A stretch of DNA of 64,000 nucleotides, taken from an uncultured Actinomycetes bacterium. Its GTDB lineage: Bacteria > Actinomycetota > Thermoleophilia > RBG-16-64-13. Positions 1 to 10,327 of the stretch are shown here, in pieces. The stretch is taken from NCBI GenBank assembly GCA_963706025.1, contig CAVPLM010000005.1, positions 160,001 through 224,000 of the forward strand. Reading direction: 5' to 3'. Within the stretch, counting starts at the first letter, position 1. Each line of letters begins with the position of its first letter. The notes under the pieces are model-generated. The model saw only the letters and a list, made by a program, of their open reading frames with translations, was not told the DNA's origin and ran no database searches. A program made the position numbers and the translations under genes.

Positions 1-2
1 CG

Positions 3-572
3 GCGGAACAGATACTGGCTCTGGAGCCCGATGGGGTGTTCCTGTCCAACGGGCCAGGTGACCCGGCGGCAGTGGGGTACGCGGTCGAGACGGTCCGCGA
101 GCTCGTCCCCAGGGTGCCGGTCTTCGGGATATGCCTGGGCCATCAGCTATTGGCCCGGGCGGTGGGTTTCTCCACCTACAAGCTCAAGTTCGGGCATCGG
201 GGCATCAACCACCCTGTGCGCGACTTCCTGACCGGGCGCGTAGAGATCACCAGTCAGAACCACGGCTTCGCCGTGGAACCGCCGGAGGTGGTGCGCGCCG
301 CCCTTGCCCGTGGGGCTGTCGTGGGTGAGACGGGGGTGGCCGGGCTACGGGCGGAGGACATGGTGATGGACTCCGGATTCGGCCCCGTGCAGGTAACGCA
401 CTTGAATCTCAACGACGGCACCGTCGAGGGCCTGCGGCTCCTGGACCTCCCGGTCTACTCGGTGCAGTATCACCCAGAAGCAGGTCCGGGTCCGCACGAC
501 AGCTATTATCTGTTCCGGCAGTTCACACGCCTGATGCGAGACGGCGCCGTGTCGGCGGCCGGCGTCCGCTAG
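3..572 (+). CDS. carA: Carbamoyl-phosphate synthase small subunit, 5'-truncated by window edge
   Basis: GATase motifs [49 protein letters not shown]; frame open from position 3. Confidence 0.97.
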   Translation, partial: AEQILALEPDGVFLSNGPGDPAAVGYAVETVRELVPRVPVFGICLGHQLLARAVGFSTYKLKFGHRGINHPVRDFLTGRVEITSQNHGFAVEPPEVVRAALARGAVVGETGVAGLRAEDMVMDSGFGPVQVTHLNLNDGTVEGLRLLDLPVYSVQYHPEAGPGPHDSYYLFRQFTRLMRDGAVSAAGVR

Positions 573-581
573 GAGGTAACG

Positions 582-974
582 ATGGCAGCGACTCCAAGTC
601 CCAAGAGCCCCGGAGGCCGGGGCAACGGAGGGAAGAGGAAAGAGATGAACCTGCGCCTGCCCGAGCAGATAGCGGGTGGCGTCTACGCCAACGGCATGAT
701 GGTGCAGCATACCAGCGACGAAGTCGTCCTCGATTTCGCCATGGTGCTTGGGGGCAACGGGACGGTCGTCTCTCGGGTGATCACCAGTCCGGCTCACGCC
801 AAGCGGATCATGGAAGCTCTCCAGGAGAACCTCGCGAGATATGAGGCTTCTCATGGGCCCATCAGGGGCTCGGGTAGCCAGCCGGGCTTCAGAATGGGTT
901 TTCAGCCACCCGCCGGCCAACCGCTCGCTGGCCAGCCACCCGCCGGCCAGCCACCCGCTGACGAATCTGAATAG
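582..974 (+). CDS. DUF3467-family small protein
   Basis: GGAGG RBS; GVYANxxxVxHTxxExVLDF and VVSRVITSPAHAKR pattern. Confidence 0.75.
   Translation: MAATPSPKSPGGRGNGGKRKEMNLRLPEQIAGGVYANGMMVQHTSDEVVLDFAMVLGGNGTVVSRVITSPAHAKRIMEALQENLARYEASHGPIRGSGSQPGFRMGFQPPAGQPLAGQPPAGQPPADESE
903..962 (+). repeat. 4 x 15-bp coding tandem repeat (QPPAG)
   Basis: CAGCCACCCGCCGGC-like units at 903, 918, 933, 948. Confidence 0.9.
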
Positions 975-989
975 GGAGGAGGCGGAACG

Positions 990-1453
990 ATGCTGGCTGT
1001 GGGAGACAGGGCGCCGCTCTTTGTGGCGCCCGGCACCGAGGGCGACATGGATCTGGCGGCCGCATTGGCCCGGGGACCGCTGGTGCTCTATTTCTTTCCC
1101 AAGGCGTTCACCCCGGGTTGAACGCTGGAGGCGGTTGAGTTCAACCAACTGCTTCCGGAGTTCGAAGATCTGGGCATAGGGGTCGTCGGCACGTCGGTGG
1201 ACCCGGTAGAGCGGCTCCAGCGTTTCCGCGCCAAGTACGCCCTGCTCTTTCCCATGGTGAGCGACGTCGACCGGGGGTTGGGGCAGGCCTTCGGCACCCT
1301 CAAGAGCGGCCGACCGGAGCCCACGAACGAGACACGGTGCTCATCGGTCGCGACGGGACGATTCTGCTAGCCTATCAGCGGGCGCAGGCCAAGGGGCACG
1401 CGGCCGAAGTGCTGGCGGCGGCGAAGGGGTTGCGTGAAAGAGGTGCCATCTAG
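990..1453 (+). CDS. bcp: BCP/PrxQ-type peroxiredoxin with in-frame UGA (putative selenocysteine); one apparent indel near 1310
   Basis: GGAGGAGG RBS, ATG 990; translation MLAVGDRAP...LVLYFFPKAFTPG*TLEAVEF...VVGTSVD...FPMVSD; TGA 1119-1121 sits at the peroxidatic Cys of the TPGCT motif; C-terminus (RDTVLIGRDGTI) in shifted frame, TAG 1451-1453. Confidence 0.88.
1125..1158 (+). promoter_or_regulatory. Candidate bacterial SECIS hairpin
   Basis: CTGGAGGCGGTTG (1125-1137) pairs with CAACTGCTTCCGG (1146-1158), including G-U pairs; starts 3 nt after the UGA. Confidence 0.6.
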
Positions 1454-1454
1454 A

Positions 1455-3025
1455 GTGCGAAGACAGGGCTTCCGGGGCCGCACACGGTTGAGGCCCGGGG
1501 CAAAGCCGGCTCTCTACGTGTTCGTGGCGGGACTGGCGGCCTGCCTCCTCGGCCTGCTGGCCGGCTTGGGAGGCGGCGTGGCGCCGGCCGCGGCTGAAGC
1601 CGGGCCGGCCCCGGTCTCTGAACAGGAATCCCAGACCGAGCTCGAAGCCGGCGCAGCCCAGGTGCTGGACGTCGATGTGCTCGTCTTCTCGACCCAGACC
1701 TCCGGCCTGGCCGCCGTGCGGGAGCTGGCGGTTGGTGCGCCCCATCTGCGGGTAGCCCTGATCTCAGCCGGCAATCTCCTCGAGACTCCCCTCGCCCAGG
1801 GGCTGGGGGTAGAGGACGCACGCGACATAGGCAGGGTCAAGGGCGGCTTCTACGACGAATGGCGCCGGGCGGTCATAAGGTCCTATTCCCTGCGTGGTCT
1901 CAGACCCTACAACGCCGGCGGCCGCTTCGTCTACGAGCCGGACGTGTCGGCGCAGGCACTCTGGTCGTTCGTAAGGGGCGCCAACGCTCCCAACGTGCTG
2001 TTCTACTCCGGCCGGCTCGTGGCGGCGAGCGACCAGGAAGGCGGGCGCTACGCGGACGTGCAGGTGGAGAACGGCGGCGTCGTGCGCTTCAACACCCGCT
2101 ACTTCATCGACGCCAGCGTGGAAGGTGATCTCGCGCGCATGCTGGGGGCAAGCTACCGGATCGGGCGTCACGAGGCCGTCTACAACGACGTCGCCGGGGT
2201 CAAGCCCGAGTATCCGACCGCCGCCAACGGCTACGAGACTGCTCCCCAGTGGTTCTCGCCACTCCTGACGCTCAAGGTGTATGCCACGGGCTACGCTCCC
2301 CGCATCGCCACGCTGGTGCATCCCAACTACAATCCCGCGACGTACGCGCTTCTCGCGCCGATGAATCAGAAGAACGTGACCGCCTTCAAGAACAGTTGGA
2401 CGATGAACTATCGCGGTGCTTCCCAACGCCAAGCGAGAGTTGAACGAGACCTGGAACGATTGGCCCGATGTAGGTTTGGCCTACCAGTGGATATTCTCCC
2501 CGGAGAAAAGGGGGGAGATACGCCGCCGGGTGCTGGAGTGGTCCATCAATCGCGTGCGCTATCTCCAGGAGCACGGGTATCCTCGCGTGGGGATCGCCGC
2601 CATACCGCAGAAGTTGTACGTCCGGGAGGGGCCGCGCATCGTGGGCCTAGATACCTACACGGTCGCCGATCTTCAGAACGGGTCTCTGCGCCATCCGGTA
2701 GCGGTCGGCTGCTACACCGAATATGACCGGCACGACGCCTATCTATCCCACGTACGTGGGGACGACCCGGTACGTGCGCATGCCCATGGAGGCCCTCATG
2801 GCCGAAGGCCACCCCAGCCTACTGATCTCCACGGCCGTGTCCACCGATTTCCGCGCGTACAGCTCCGCGGTTCGGATGGAGCATACCCGGGCGAACATGG
2901 GCGGCGCCGCGGGGGCGATCATCGCGGTCGCCGACCGGCTGAGGGTCGCCCCCGACCAGGTGCCTTATGAGGAGGTCCGCAGGCTGCTGCTGGCCCGGGG
3001 CTACCGTCTCGACATCGCCGGTTAG
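1455..3025 (+). CDS. Exported FAD-dependent oxidoreductase family protein; apparent indels near 2410 and 2740
   Basis: N-terminal hydrophobic segment; FIDASVEGDL, YRIGR, LYVREGPRIVG, AYSSAVRME motifs spread over three consecutive frames. Confidence 0.7.
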
Positions 3026-3027
3026 AC

Positions 3028-3054
3028 CGATCGGTCTCGATCGGTCTCGATCGG
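3028..3054. repeat. 10-bp tandem repeat CGATCGGTCT (about 2.7 copies) between convergent genes
   Basis: cgatcggtct cgatcggtct cgatcgg. Confidence 0.8.
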
Positions 3055-3073
3055 CCGGCGAGGCGGTTCCCGG

Positions 3074-3432
3074 CTACATCTGGCCTTCGGGCTGCAGCAG
3101 GGCTATGGGGATGCCGTCCGGATCGGCGAACATGGCCCACCTGCCTACGCCCTCGATGGCCGTCGCGGGCACTATGACGGTCGCTCCTGCCGCTGCCGCT
3201 TTGCTTAGCGTGGCATCGAGGTCGTCGACCGCGAAGTAGGTGTTGAGGGCGCACATGGGCAGCCGTCTCGGGCTTCGCCATCATCCCCCCGCCCGGCTGC
3301 GACCCGGTGTCGATCAACGTGATAGCCGGGATAGGTGGATTCGTCGAACTTCCAGTCGAAACGCCGAGTAGAACGCTTGGCCTTCTCCAGGTCGGTCACC
3401 ATCAGTTCCCAGTGGACGATCGGATTGCCCAT
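3074..3432 (-). CDS. VOC/glyoxalase family protein (several apparent indels)
   Basis: MGNPIVHWEL... and ...YFAVDDLDATLSKA...GRWAMFADPDG in different frames. Confidence 0.8.
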
Positions 3433-3473
3433 CGCTGATCCCTCCCTTGCCTTCGACTGACTCGCCGCTCCCG

Positions 3474-5032
3474 CTACTGCTTGATGATGTCTTTGAGGTG
3501 GGCTTCCGCCCGCCCTCCGCCTCCGGCCGCCAGGGTCTCGTAGTCGGGGATGGTGTAGACGCGGATCTTGTCATCCAGGAAGTCGGAGAAGGCCAGGAGC
3601 GTGCCGTCGGGGGAGACGTCCAGGCCGGTGCACTGGTTGCCGCCTACGATCGCGTCCAGGATCTTGCCGGTGGCCGTATCGATGGCGAGGATGGAGCCCC
3701 ATTCCGGGCCGGGGATGTAGTAGGTCTTGGGATTGTCCTTGCCCCGGTTGGAGATGTAGAGGACCTTGCCGTCGGGCGACAGGTCCATGCTGTTGGGTCG
3801 GTGGTCGGTATCGGCCAGCTTAGTCACCTTCTCGGTGGCCAGATCGACCACGAAGACTTCGTTGGTGGACAGGTCGTCGACGTAGAGGAGTCCGCGGACG
3901 TCGTCGCCGACCATGTGGCGCATGGCGCCGCCCGTCTTGAAGATGACCTCGCCCTCGCCGGTGGCCAGATCGATGCGCTGGATGTCGCCGTTCTCGAAAC
4001 CGGCTACGAAGAGGCGCTTGGCGTCGGGGGTCACGTAGAGGCCGCGGGGCGTGACCACCGTCTTGAGACGGCGCACCAACTTGCCGGTGACCAGGTCGAT
4101 CTCGGAGATGTCGTTGCTGATCCAGTTGGACGCCCACAGGGTCTTCTCGTCGGGGGAAAGGAGGAGGACCTTGGTCCAGCTACCCCCGGTCTTGAAGTGG
4201 CGCTTCACTTCGCGCGTGGCCCGGTCGATCTCGTAGACCGAGGCGGTCTCCATCTGGCTGGCATAGACGGTCTTGCCGTCCTTGGTGAAGATGACCTCCA
4301 CGGCGCCGTACTCGCCCAGCTTGACCTGGGTCGATCTTCTTACCCGTGGTGGGCTCGAAGATCTCGAGGCCGTGGCCGCCCAGAAGCGAGACCCACATCT
4401 CCTTGCCGTCGGGGGTGAAGGCCACCTGCTTGGGGCTCGGCCCGCACTTGAAGCGCACCAGGCTATCGTAGAGGAGTCCCTTGGGATCGAGCCACACGGA
4501 GACGGTCTGGGGCTCGTCCAGATCGACCTCCCGCGTGATCACTTTGAAGCCCGAAGCCCAGATCTTCAGTTGGATCTTCCCACCCGGGGTGTCCGCCTCG
4601 TAGGGGGTCTTTTCCGACACTACGGTGCCGTCCTGCAGGGTGATCTCGAGCTTGGCCCCTTTGGGTGAGCTGCTGACCGTGAGCTTCTGCGGAGCCAGGT
4701 TGGGAGCAGTGGGGCGGGTGGTGGTAGTGGCGCCGACACTGCTGGCGCCGACGCTGGTGGTCGTGGTGAGCTCCAGTCCGGAGGTGCCCACCTGGGCGGA
4801 GACTACCGTGCTGGGACTTTGACCGCTCTGCGCCGTCGTGACCGTACCCGCGGCGCTCGACGGCTCGTCGCTCGCGAGGTGATAGGCACCGTACCCGATG
4901 GCGGCCAGCACGACGACCACTATCGCCAGGGCGACCACTCGCCGGCGTCCGTAATGACTGGTGGCCCTGCGGGCCTGCCGGAAGCTCTTGCCGGCGGGAC
5001 GATCCCTGGTCTGGGGGCGGAGCGGGGTCCAT
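3474..5032 (-). CDS. Membrane-anchored YVTN/YncE-type beta-propeller protein with Thr/Ser linker and PEGA-like domain (apparent indels near 4330 and in the 5' part)
   Basis: TM helix, T/S-rich linker, VSSSPKGAK, many (S/T)PDGK repeats in ORFs 4180-4938 and 3474-4301; start 5032 is tentative. Confidence 0.75.
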
Positions 5033-5417
5033 GGGGAGATGATAGCGGATGTTCCCCGACTGCTTCCTGGCCGGTTGGGATACGGACGCTCGGCCGTGGC
5101 CCGCGGCGGCTTGCGGTTGCGGAAGTGCAGGCAGCAGGCACTTGGTCGGCGGATCGGGCAAACCGGCGCGCTTCTGGAAGTGGACGACGGTCCTGACCGT
5201 GCCTCCCACGGGGCTCAAAGATCTCAGCTCGTCCGGGGACCTGAAGAGTCTGCAACTGGCTTTCGCGCCACGCTTCCAAGTGCTACGCTTGGCCTGCCTG
5301 TGCCGCGGCATTCGCCTCAAGCATCGTGCCACTCAGTGGCGTTGCTCGTGGGGGCCCACGCCGCGGGGGGAGAATCCGTAGGGCGCCTGTTAGACCGGCC
5401 GTAAAGGAGGGCACCAC

Positions 5418-7134
5418 GTGGCTGCAGACGACAAACGCACGGTGAAGGTTGACGTCGGCGCACACGGGCTCAAACAGTACGATCTTCGAGTCTCGACCGT
5501 CGTCTTCATGGTCTTCTCCCTCGTAGCGGCGGGCGCCTACGGCATCGAGGAGATGATTCCCGCGTCAGGTCCGGGCCTGACGCTGGTCATGCTCATTGCG
5601 CTTCCCTTTCTGTGGGGGTTGCCATTCGGTCTGGTGGCCTCAGAACTTGGCTCCGTCAGGCCTCAGGAGGGCGGCTACTACAAGTGGGTGCAGGAAGCAC
5701 TGGGCGAGTTCTGGGGCTTTCAGGCCGGCTGGTGGAGGACCATCTCCGTCTATATCGACAACACCCTCTACGTGATCCTCGCAGGCGGCTATCTCGCATC
5801 TCAGTGGGACTTGAACTCCTACGAGGAGTTCGCGGTCAAGGCCGCCATCATCCTCATCTTCACGTACATCAACATTCGCGGCGTCAAAGATGTCGGCCTC
5901 ATCACCACGATCCTGTCGTCCCTCGTCATCGCCGCGTTCGCCATCGTCGCGATCGCCGGTTTCCTCAACTGGGACTCGAACCCGTTCGTGCCTTTCACGT
6001 CGCACGGCGAGATCCTCGGCGTGACGGGTATCTCCTTTGCCGAATGGATCATGTTCATCGGCGCGGGCTTAGCCATCGGCATGTGGATGTACTCCGGCTA
6101 CGAGTCCATGTCCACCCTTGCCGGAGAGCTCAAGAACCCGCAAGTCATCCCGAAGGCCACCCTTATCACCATTCCCCTGATCATGGCCGTCTACATCCTG
6201 CCGACGATGGCAGGCCTGGCATCCATAGACTCATGGGAGAGTTGGGGTACGACTGCTGAGAGTGTCGGGTACGCGGATGTCGTCACTACCTTCTGGGGGG
6301 CCGGATTCGGCATCTTCTTCGTCGTCATCGCCGTCTTGGCTCAGTGTTCGATCTACAACACGTACATCGCATCGGGATCACGAGGGTTCTTCGCGCTGGC
6401 CGACGACCATTTGGCGCCGCCGGTTCTGGTCAAGGTCGACAAGAAGCACGGCGTACCGTACGTCGCGGTCATTTCTGTCGCGATCGTCAACCTGATACTG
6501 ATGCAACTTCGCTTTCACGACGGTCGTCATCGTGGATGTCTTCTTGCTGATCTCTTCGTACATCTTGGTCTACATCTCGGCCATGATCCTCAGGAAGAGG
6601 ATCCCCGGGCAGGAATACAAGTTCAAGATCCCGGGTGGCTACCCGTTTCTCGTGCTGCTCTGCGTCGTGCCCATCATCATCGGCGTGCTGTCGTTCTTCA
6701 TCAACGGCACGGACTTCTTCATAGGCGGCCTGATCGGTATTCTCACAGGGCCGGTCATGTATGTCATCTGGAAGAGAAGATACGGCGGTCTTGCCAAGAA
6801 GGATCCGGTGCACTACCCGCTCAATCCACGGACGCGTCTCGGTATCGGCGACCTGAAGAGGATGGCCGGCGTCTTCTACGGGTTCGCGGTCGTGGGTTTT
6901 GTGGCCGTTCCGTGGCTGAGATGGTTCGAGGGAGATTGGGCGGAGGAGTATTACCTCGAGACCTACGGTGAATCGTACCTCTCCGGGTTCCTGGGGAACT
7001 TCGACACCATGCTGACCACCATCCTTATCATCGCGGGGGTCTTTGCGGCGATAGCCGTCGCCTGTACTGTCGCTGCTATCAAGCTCGAGCCGAAGAAGGG
7101 CGCGGTGCCGCCGTCGTCCGTGGACTCGGACTAG
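5418..7134 (+). CDS. APC-family amino acid/polyamine permease (apparent indel near 6510)
   Basis: AAGGAGG RBS; GAYGIEE, ELGSVRPQEGGYYKWV, WMYSGYE; many TM helices. Confidence 0.9.
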
Positions 7135-7165
7135 TACTTCCAACAAACGGCTTTAGGAGGCCCAG

Positions 7166-8376
7166 ATGAAGATTCTGCTCGTAGGTGTTGGTGGCGTGGG
7201 CGAGGCCATCGCCGTCCTTGCCAAGGACAAGCCCTGGGTCGAGAAACTCGTGCTGTGCGACTACAACCTCGACCGGGCCAAGGAGGTCCAGGCCAAGGTG
7301 GGCGCTCCAGCCCACATGCCTGTGGAGTTCGTCGACGCCGGCGACAGGGAACAGATCGCGGCGCTGGCCCGCAAGCACGGGGTGGATCTCATCCACAACG
7401 CCGTCGACCCGGTGTTCAACGAGGCCATCTTCGACGCCGCCTACGAGGTGGGCTGCAACTACATGGACATGGCCATGACCCTGTCCACTCCGCATGCCAC
7501 CGACCCCTACAACGCCTGCGGCGTCAAGCTGGGCGACTACCAGTTCGAGCGGGCCGAGGCGTGGGAGAAGAAGGGCCTCCTCGCCTTTGTCGGCATGGGC
7601 GTGGAGCCGGGCATGGCCGACGTCTTCGCCAAGTACGCCGAGAAGAACCTCTTCGACGAGATCGAGGAGATCGGCGTGCGCGACGGGGCCAACCTGGAGG
7701 TGCGGGGCTACGAGTTCGCCCCCAACTTCTCCATCTGGACCACCATCGAGGAGTGCCTCAATCCTCCGGTGATCTGGGAGGAGGGCAAGGGTTGGTGCAC
7801 CACCGAGCCCTTCTCGGAGCCGGAGGTCTTCGAGTTCCCCGAAGGCATCGGGCCGGTGGAGTGCGTCAACGTGGAGCACGAGGAGGTGCTGCTGGTGCCG
7901 CGCTGGGTCAAGTGCAAGCGGGTGACCTTCAAGTACGGCCTGGGCGACGAGTTCATCGGCGTGCTCAAGACCATCAAGATGCTCGGCCTCGACAACCGCT
8001 TCCCCATCGACGTCAAAGGCGTGCAGGTGGCACCGCGGGACGTGGTGGCCGCCACCCTGCCCGACCCGGCCCATCTGGGCGACCAGATGTTCGGCAAGAC
8101 CTGCGCCGGCACCTGGGTCAAAGGCACCAAGGACGGCAAGCCCCGCCAGGTGTATCTGTACCAGGTGGCCGACAACGAGACCTGCATGAAGAACTACGGC
8201 GTGCAGGCCGTGGTCTGGCAGACGGCGGTCAACCCGGTCATCGCCTGGGAGCTGCTCGAGACGGAGGTGTGGAAGGGCGCGGGGTCCTCGGGCCCGAGGC
8301 CTTCGACCCCGACCCGTTCGTGGCCCTGATGCCCACGTACGACTTCCCCTTCGGTCTCAAGGAGATGACGGCCTGA
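7166..8376 (+). CDS. Saccharopine dehydrogenase / carboxy(nor)spermidine dehydrogenase family oxidoreductase (apparent indel near 8280)
   Basis: Rossmann GVGGVG, NYMDMA, GMGVEPG, HEEV; C-terminal GVLGPEAFDPDPF in shifted frame. Confidence 0.88.
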
Positions 8377-8377
8377 C

Positions 8378-8644
8378 GTGCCCTGGTTGAGGCGTCGCGA
8401 GCGACTGCTCTTTCGAACGCACGAGTCGCCCTTCGGTAACCCTGCCTGGGCGGTGGGGCGGATCCTGCAGTACGAGGGAGAGCTCTACCGCGTGACTCGG
8501 TGGGTCGAGCTCCGGCCGGTCCTGCTTGAGCGGGGCGGCTCGGTGGGCGAATGGGAGGTGTGGGGCCGCAAGATGTCCGAAAGGGAGGTCCGAAGAGAGC
8601 TGGCGGACGTCGAGGATCAGATGCTCGACAAGGGCGATCTCTGA
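8378..8644 (+). CDS. Hypothetical 88-aa protein
   Basis: GTG 1 nt after upstream stop; fills the gap in the cluster; protein-like composition. Confidence 0.6.
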   Translation: MPWLRRRERLLFRTHESPFGNPAWAVGRILQYEGELYRVTRWVELRPVLLERGGSVGEWEVWGRKMSEREVRRELADVEDQMLDKGDL

Positions 8645-8726
8645 TAGTGCAGGATGCCCTTCGCCGGGTATCATTTGGGACAAGCGTCGGTGAGATCATC
8701 ACGACCAACAATCTGGGGGTTCGAGA

Positions 8727-10127
8727 ATGGCACTAGCGACGATCGATAGCAAACGGGTCGCCGAGTTGGCGGCGCGGGAGGAGAAGCGCCTCGAGGCCGA
8801 GACTCCCAAGTCATACGAGCTGTTCAAGCGGGCGTCGAAATCGCTCGTCAACGGGGTGTCGTCCACCTATCAGATGCGCGATCCCTATCCAGTGTATTTC
8901 ACCCACGGCAAGGGCTCCAAGATCTACTCCGTCGACGGACACGAGCTCAGCGACTTCCACAACGGCTTTGGCTGCATGGTGCAGGGGCACGCGCATCCGG
9001 CCATCGTCGAGACCATCAAGAAGCGGTGCGAGCTGGGTACCCAGTTCGCCCTACCCACCGAGGACTCGGTCATCGTGGCCGAGCATCTGGCCAAGAACTT
9101 CCGCCTGCCCAAGTGGCGCTTCGTGAACTCCGGCTCCGAGGCCACCATGGATGCCATCCGCATCGCCCGGGCGTACACGGGCCGGGAGCAGGTGCTCAAG
9201 ATCTTCGGCTCCTATCATGGCCATCACGACTACGTGATGGTGAGTCTGGGCGTCGCCGATTTCGGCGACATCGGACCCCGCGACAACTACAAGTCGATCT
9301 CCTACGGGGCCGGGATCCCCAAGGCCGTCATCGACATGACGGCTGCCGTGCCCTTCAACGACGCCCCCATGATGGAGGCCCGCATCGAACACCTGATCGA
9401 AGAAGGCCGCAAGCCGGCCTGCGTCATCATGGAAGCGGCCATGATGAATCTGGGCGTGGTGCTGCCCGAGCCGGGTTACCTCCAGGCGGTGCGGGACATC
9501 ACCAAGAAGCACGGCATCGTGCTCATCTTCGACGAAGTGAAGACCGGCATCTGCACGGCCGCCGGCGGCGCCGTCGAGCGCTGGGGCGTGGTGCCCGACA
9601 TGGTCACCCTGGCCAAGGCGCTGGCCGGCGGGCTGCCTTCGGGAGCCATCGGCGCCTCCGAGGAGGTCATGGAAGTGGTGCAGAGCGGCAAGGTCTACCA
9701 GGTGGGCACCTACAGCGGCAATCCGCTGTCCATGGCCACCGCCCGCACGAGCCTTGAAGAAGTAATGACCCCCGACGCCTACAAGCACCTCAACTACCTG
9801 AACGACCGGCTGATCAACGAATGCGACGCCATCTGCGCCAAGTACGACTTCCCCGGCTACACCGTGGGCATCTCGTCGAAGGGCTGCGTCAACTTCGCCA
9901 CCGGCAAGATCACCGACTACGAATCGTTCATCAAGTACCAGAACGTCGAGCTGTGCTACCTGGCCTGGCTGTACAACATGAACCGCGGCGTCATCATCGC
10001 CCCGGGTCGCGAAGAGGAGTGGACCCTCTCGGTGCAGCACACCGACGAGGACATCGATCGCTACGTGAGCGCCTTCGAAGACCTGGTGAAGGAAGTGACT
10101 TGCTTGACCGGACGCACCACCGCTTGA
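8727..10127 (+). CDS. Class III PLP aminotransferase (GSA-aminomutase-like subgroup)
   Basis: FVNSGSEAT, GSYHG, LIFDEVKTG, TLAKALAGGLP, GTYSGNP. Confidence 0.92.
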   Translation: MALATIDSKRVAELAAREEKRLEAETPKSYELFKRASKSLVNGVSSTYQMRDPYPVYFTHGKGSKIYSVDGHELSDFHNGFGCMVQGHAHPAIVETIKKRCELGTQFALPTEDSVIVAEHLAKNFRLPKWRFVNSGSEATMDAIRIARAYTGREQVLKIFGSYHGHHDYVMVSLGVADFGDIGPRDNYKSISYGAGIPKAVIDMTAAVPFNDAPMMEARIEHLIEEGRKPACVIMEAAMMNLGVVLPEPGYLQAVRDITKKHGIVLIFDEVKTGICTAAGGAVERWGVVPDMVTLAKALAGGLPSGAIGASEEVMEVVQSGKVYQVGTYSGNPLSMATARTSLEEVMTPDAYKHLNYLNDRLINECDAICAKYDFPGYTVGISSKGCVNFATGKITDYESFIKYQNVELCYLAWLYNMNRGVIIAPGREEEWTLSVQHTDEDIDRYVSAFEDLVKEVTCLTGRTTA

Positions 10128-10188
10128 GGGGTCCTGGCGGGGCGGGTTCCCAAGTCGAGCCGGTGGGAGGGAATCGTGGTCGTGAACT

Positions 10189-10217
10189 CGGGGCGGCGCC
10201 CATGGGGCGCCGCCCCG
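10189..10217 (+). terminator. GC-rich hairpin, possible terminator
   Basis: CGGGGCGGCGCCC-ATG-GGGCGCCGCCCCG, perfect 13-bp stem; no U-tract. Confidence 0.5.
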
Positions 10218-10261
10218 CCATATGGTGAGCTCTTACCTTCTGAGGTCTCGCCTCAGTCTGA

Positions 10262-10290
10262 TTGCCGAAGACGCTCTGTCCCTCTAGTAT
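10262..10290 (+). promoter_or_regulatory. Sigma70-type promoter for SLH gene
   Basis: TTGCCG-N17-TAGTAT. Confidence 0.5.
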
Positions 10291-10327
10291 GGGCCGGGAG
10301 TCGCGAAGCCGAGCTTAGGGAGGGCTA

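Noticed and set aside
5156-5230. c-di-GMP-I riboswitch from GGGCAAACC
   Set aside because: The GAAA tetraloop and CGCAAAGC elements are absent
8727-10127. Calling the aminotransferase hemL
   Set aside because: GSA-like motifs but no hem gene context; the neighbourhood suggests amine metabolism
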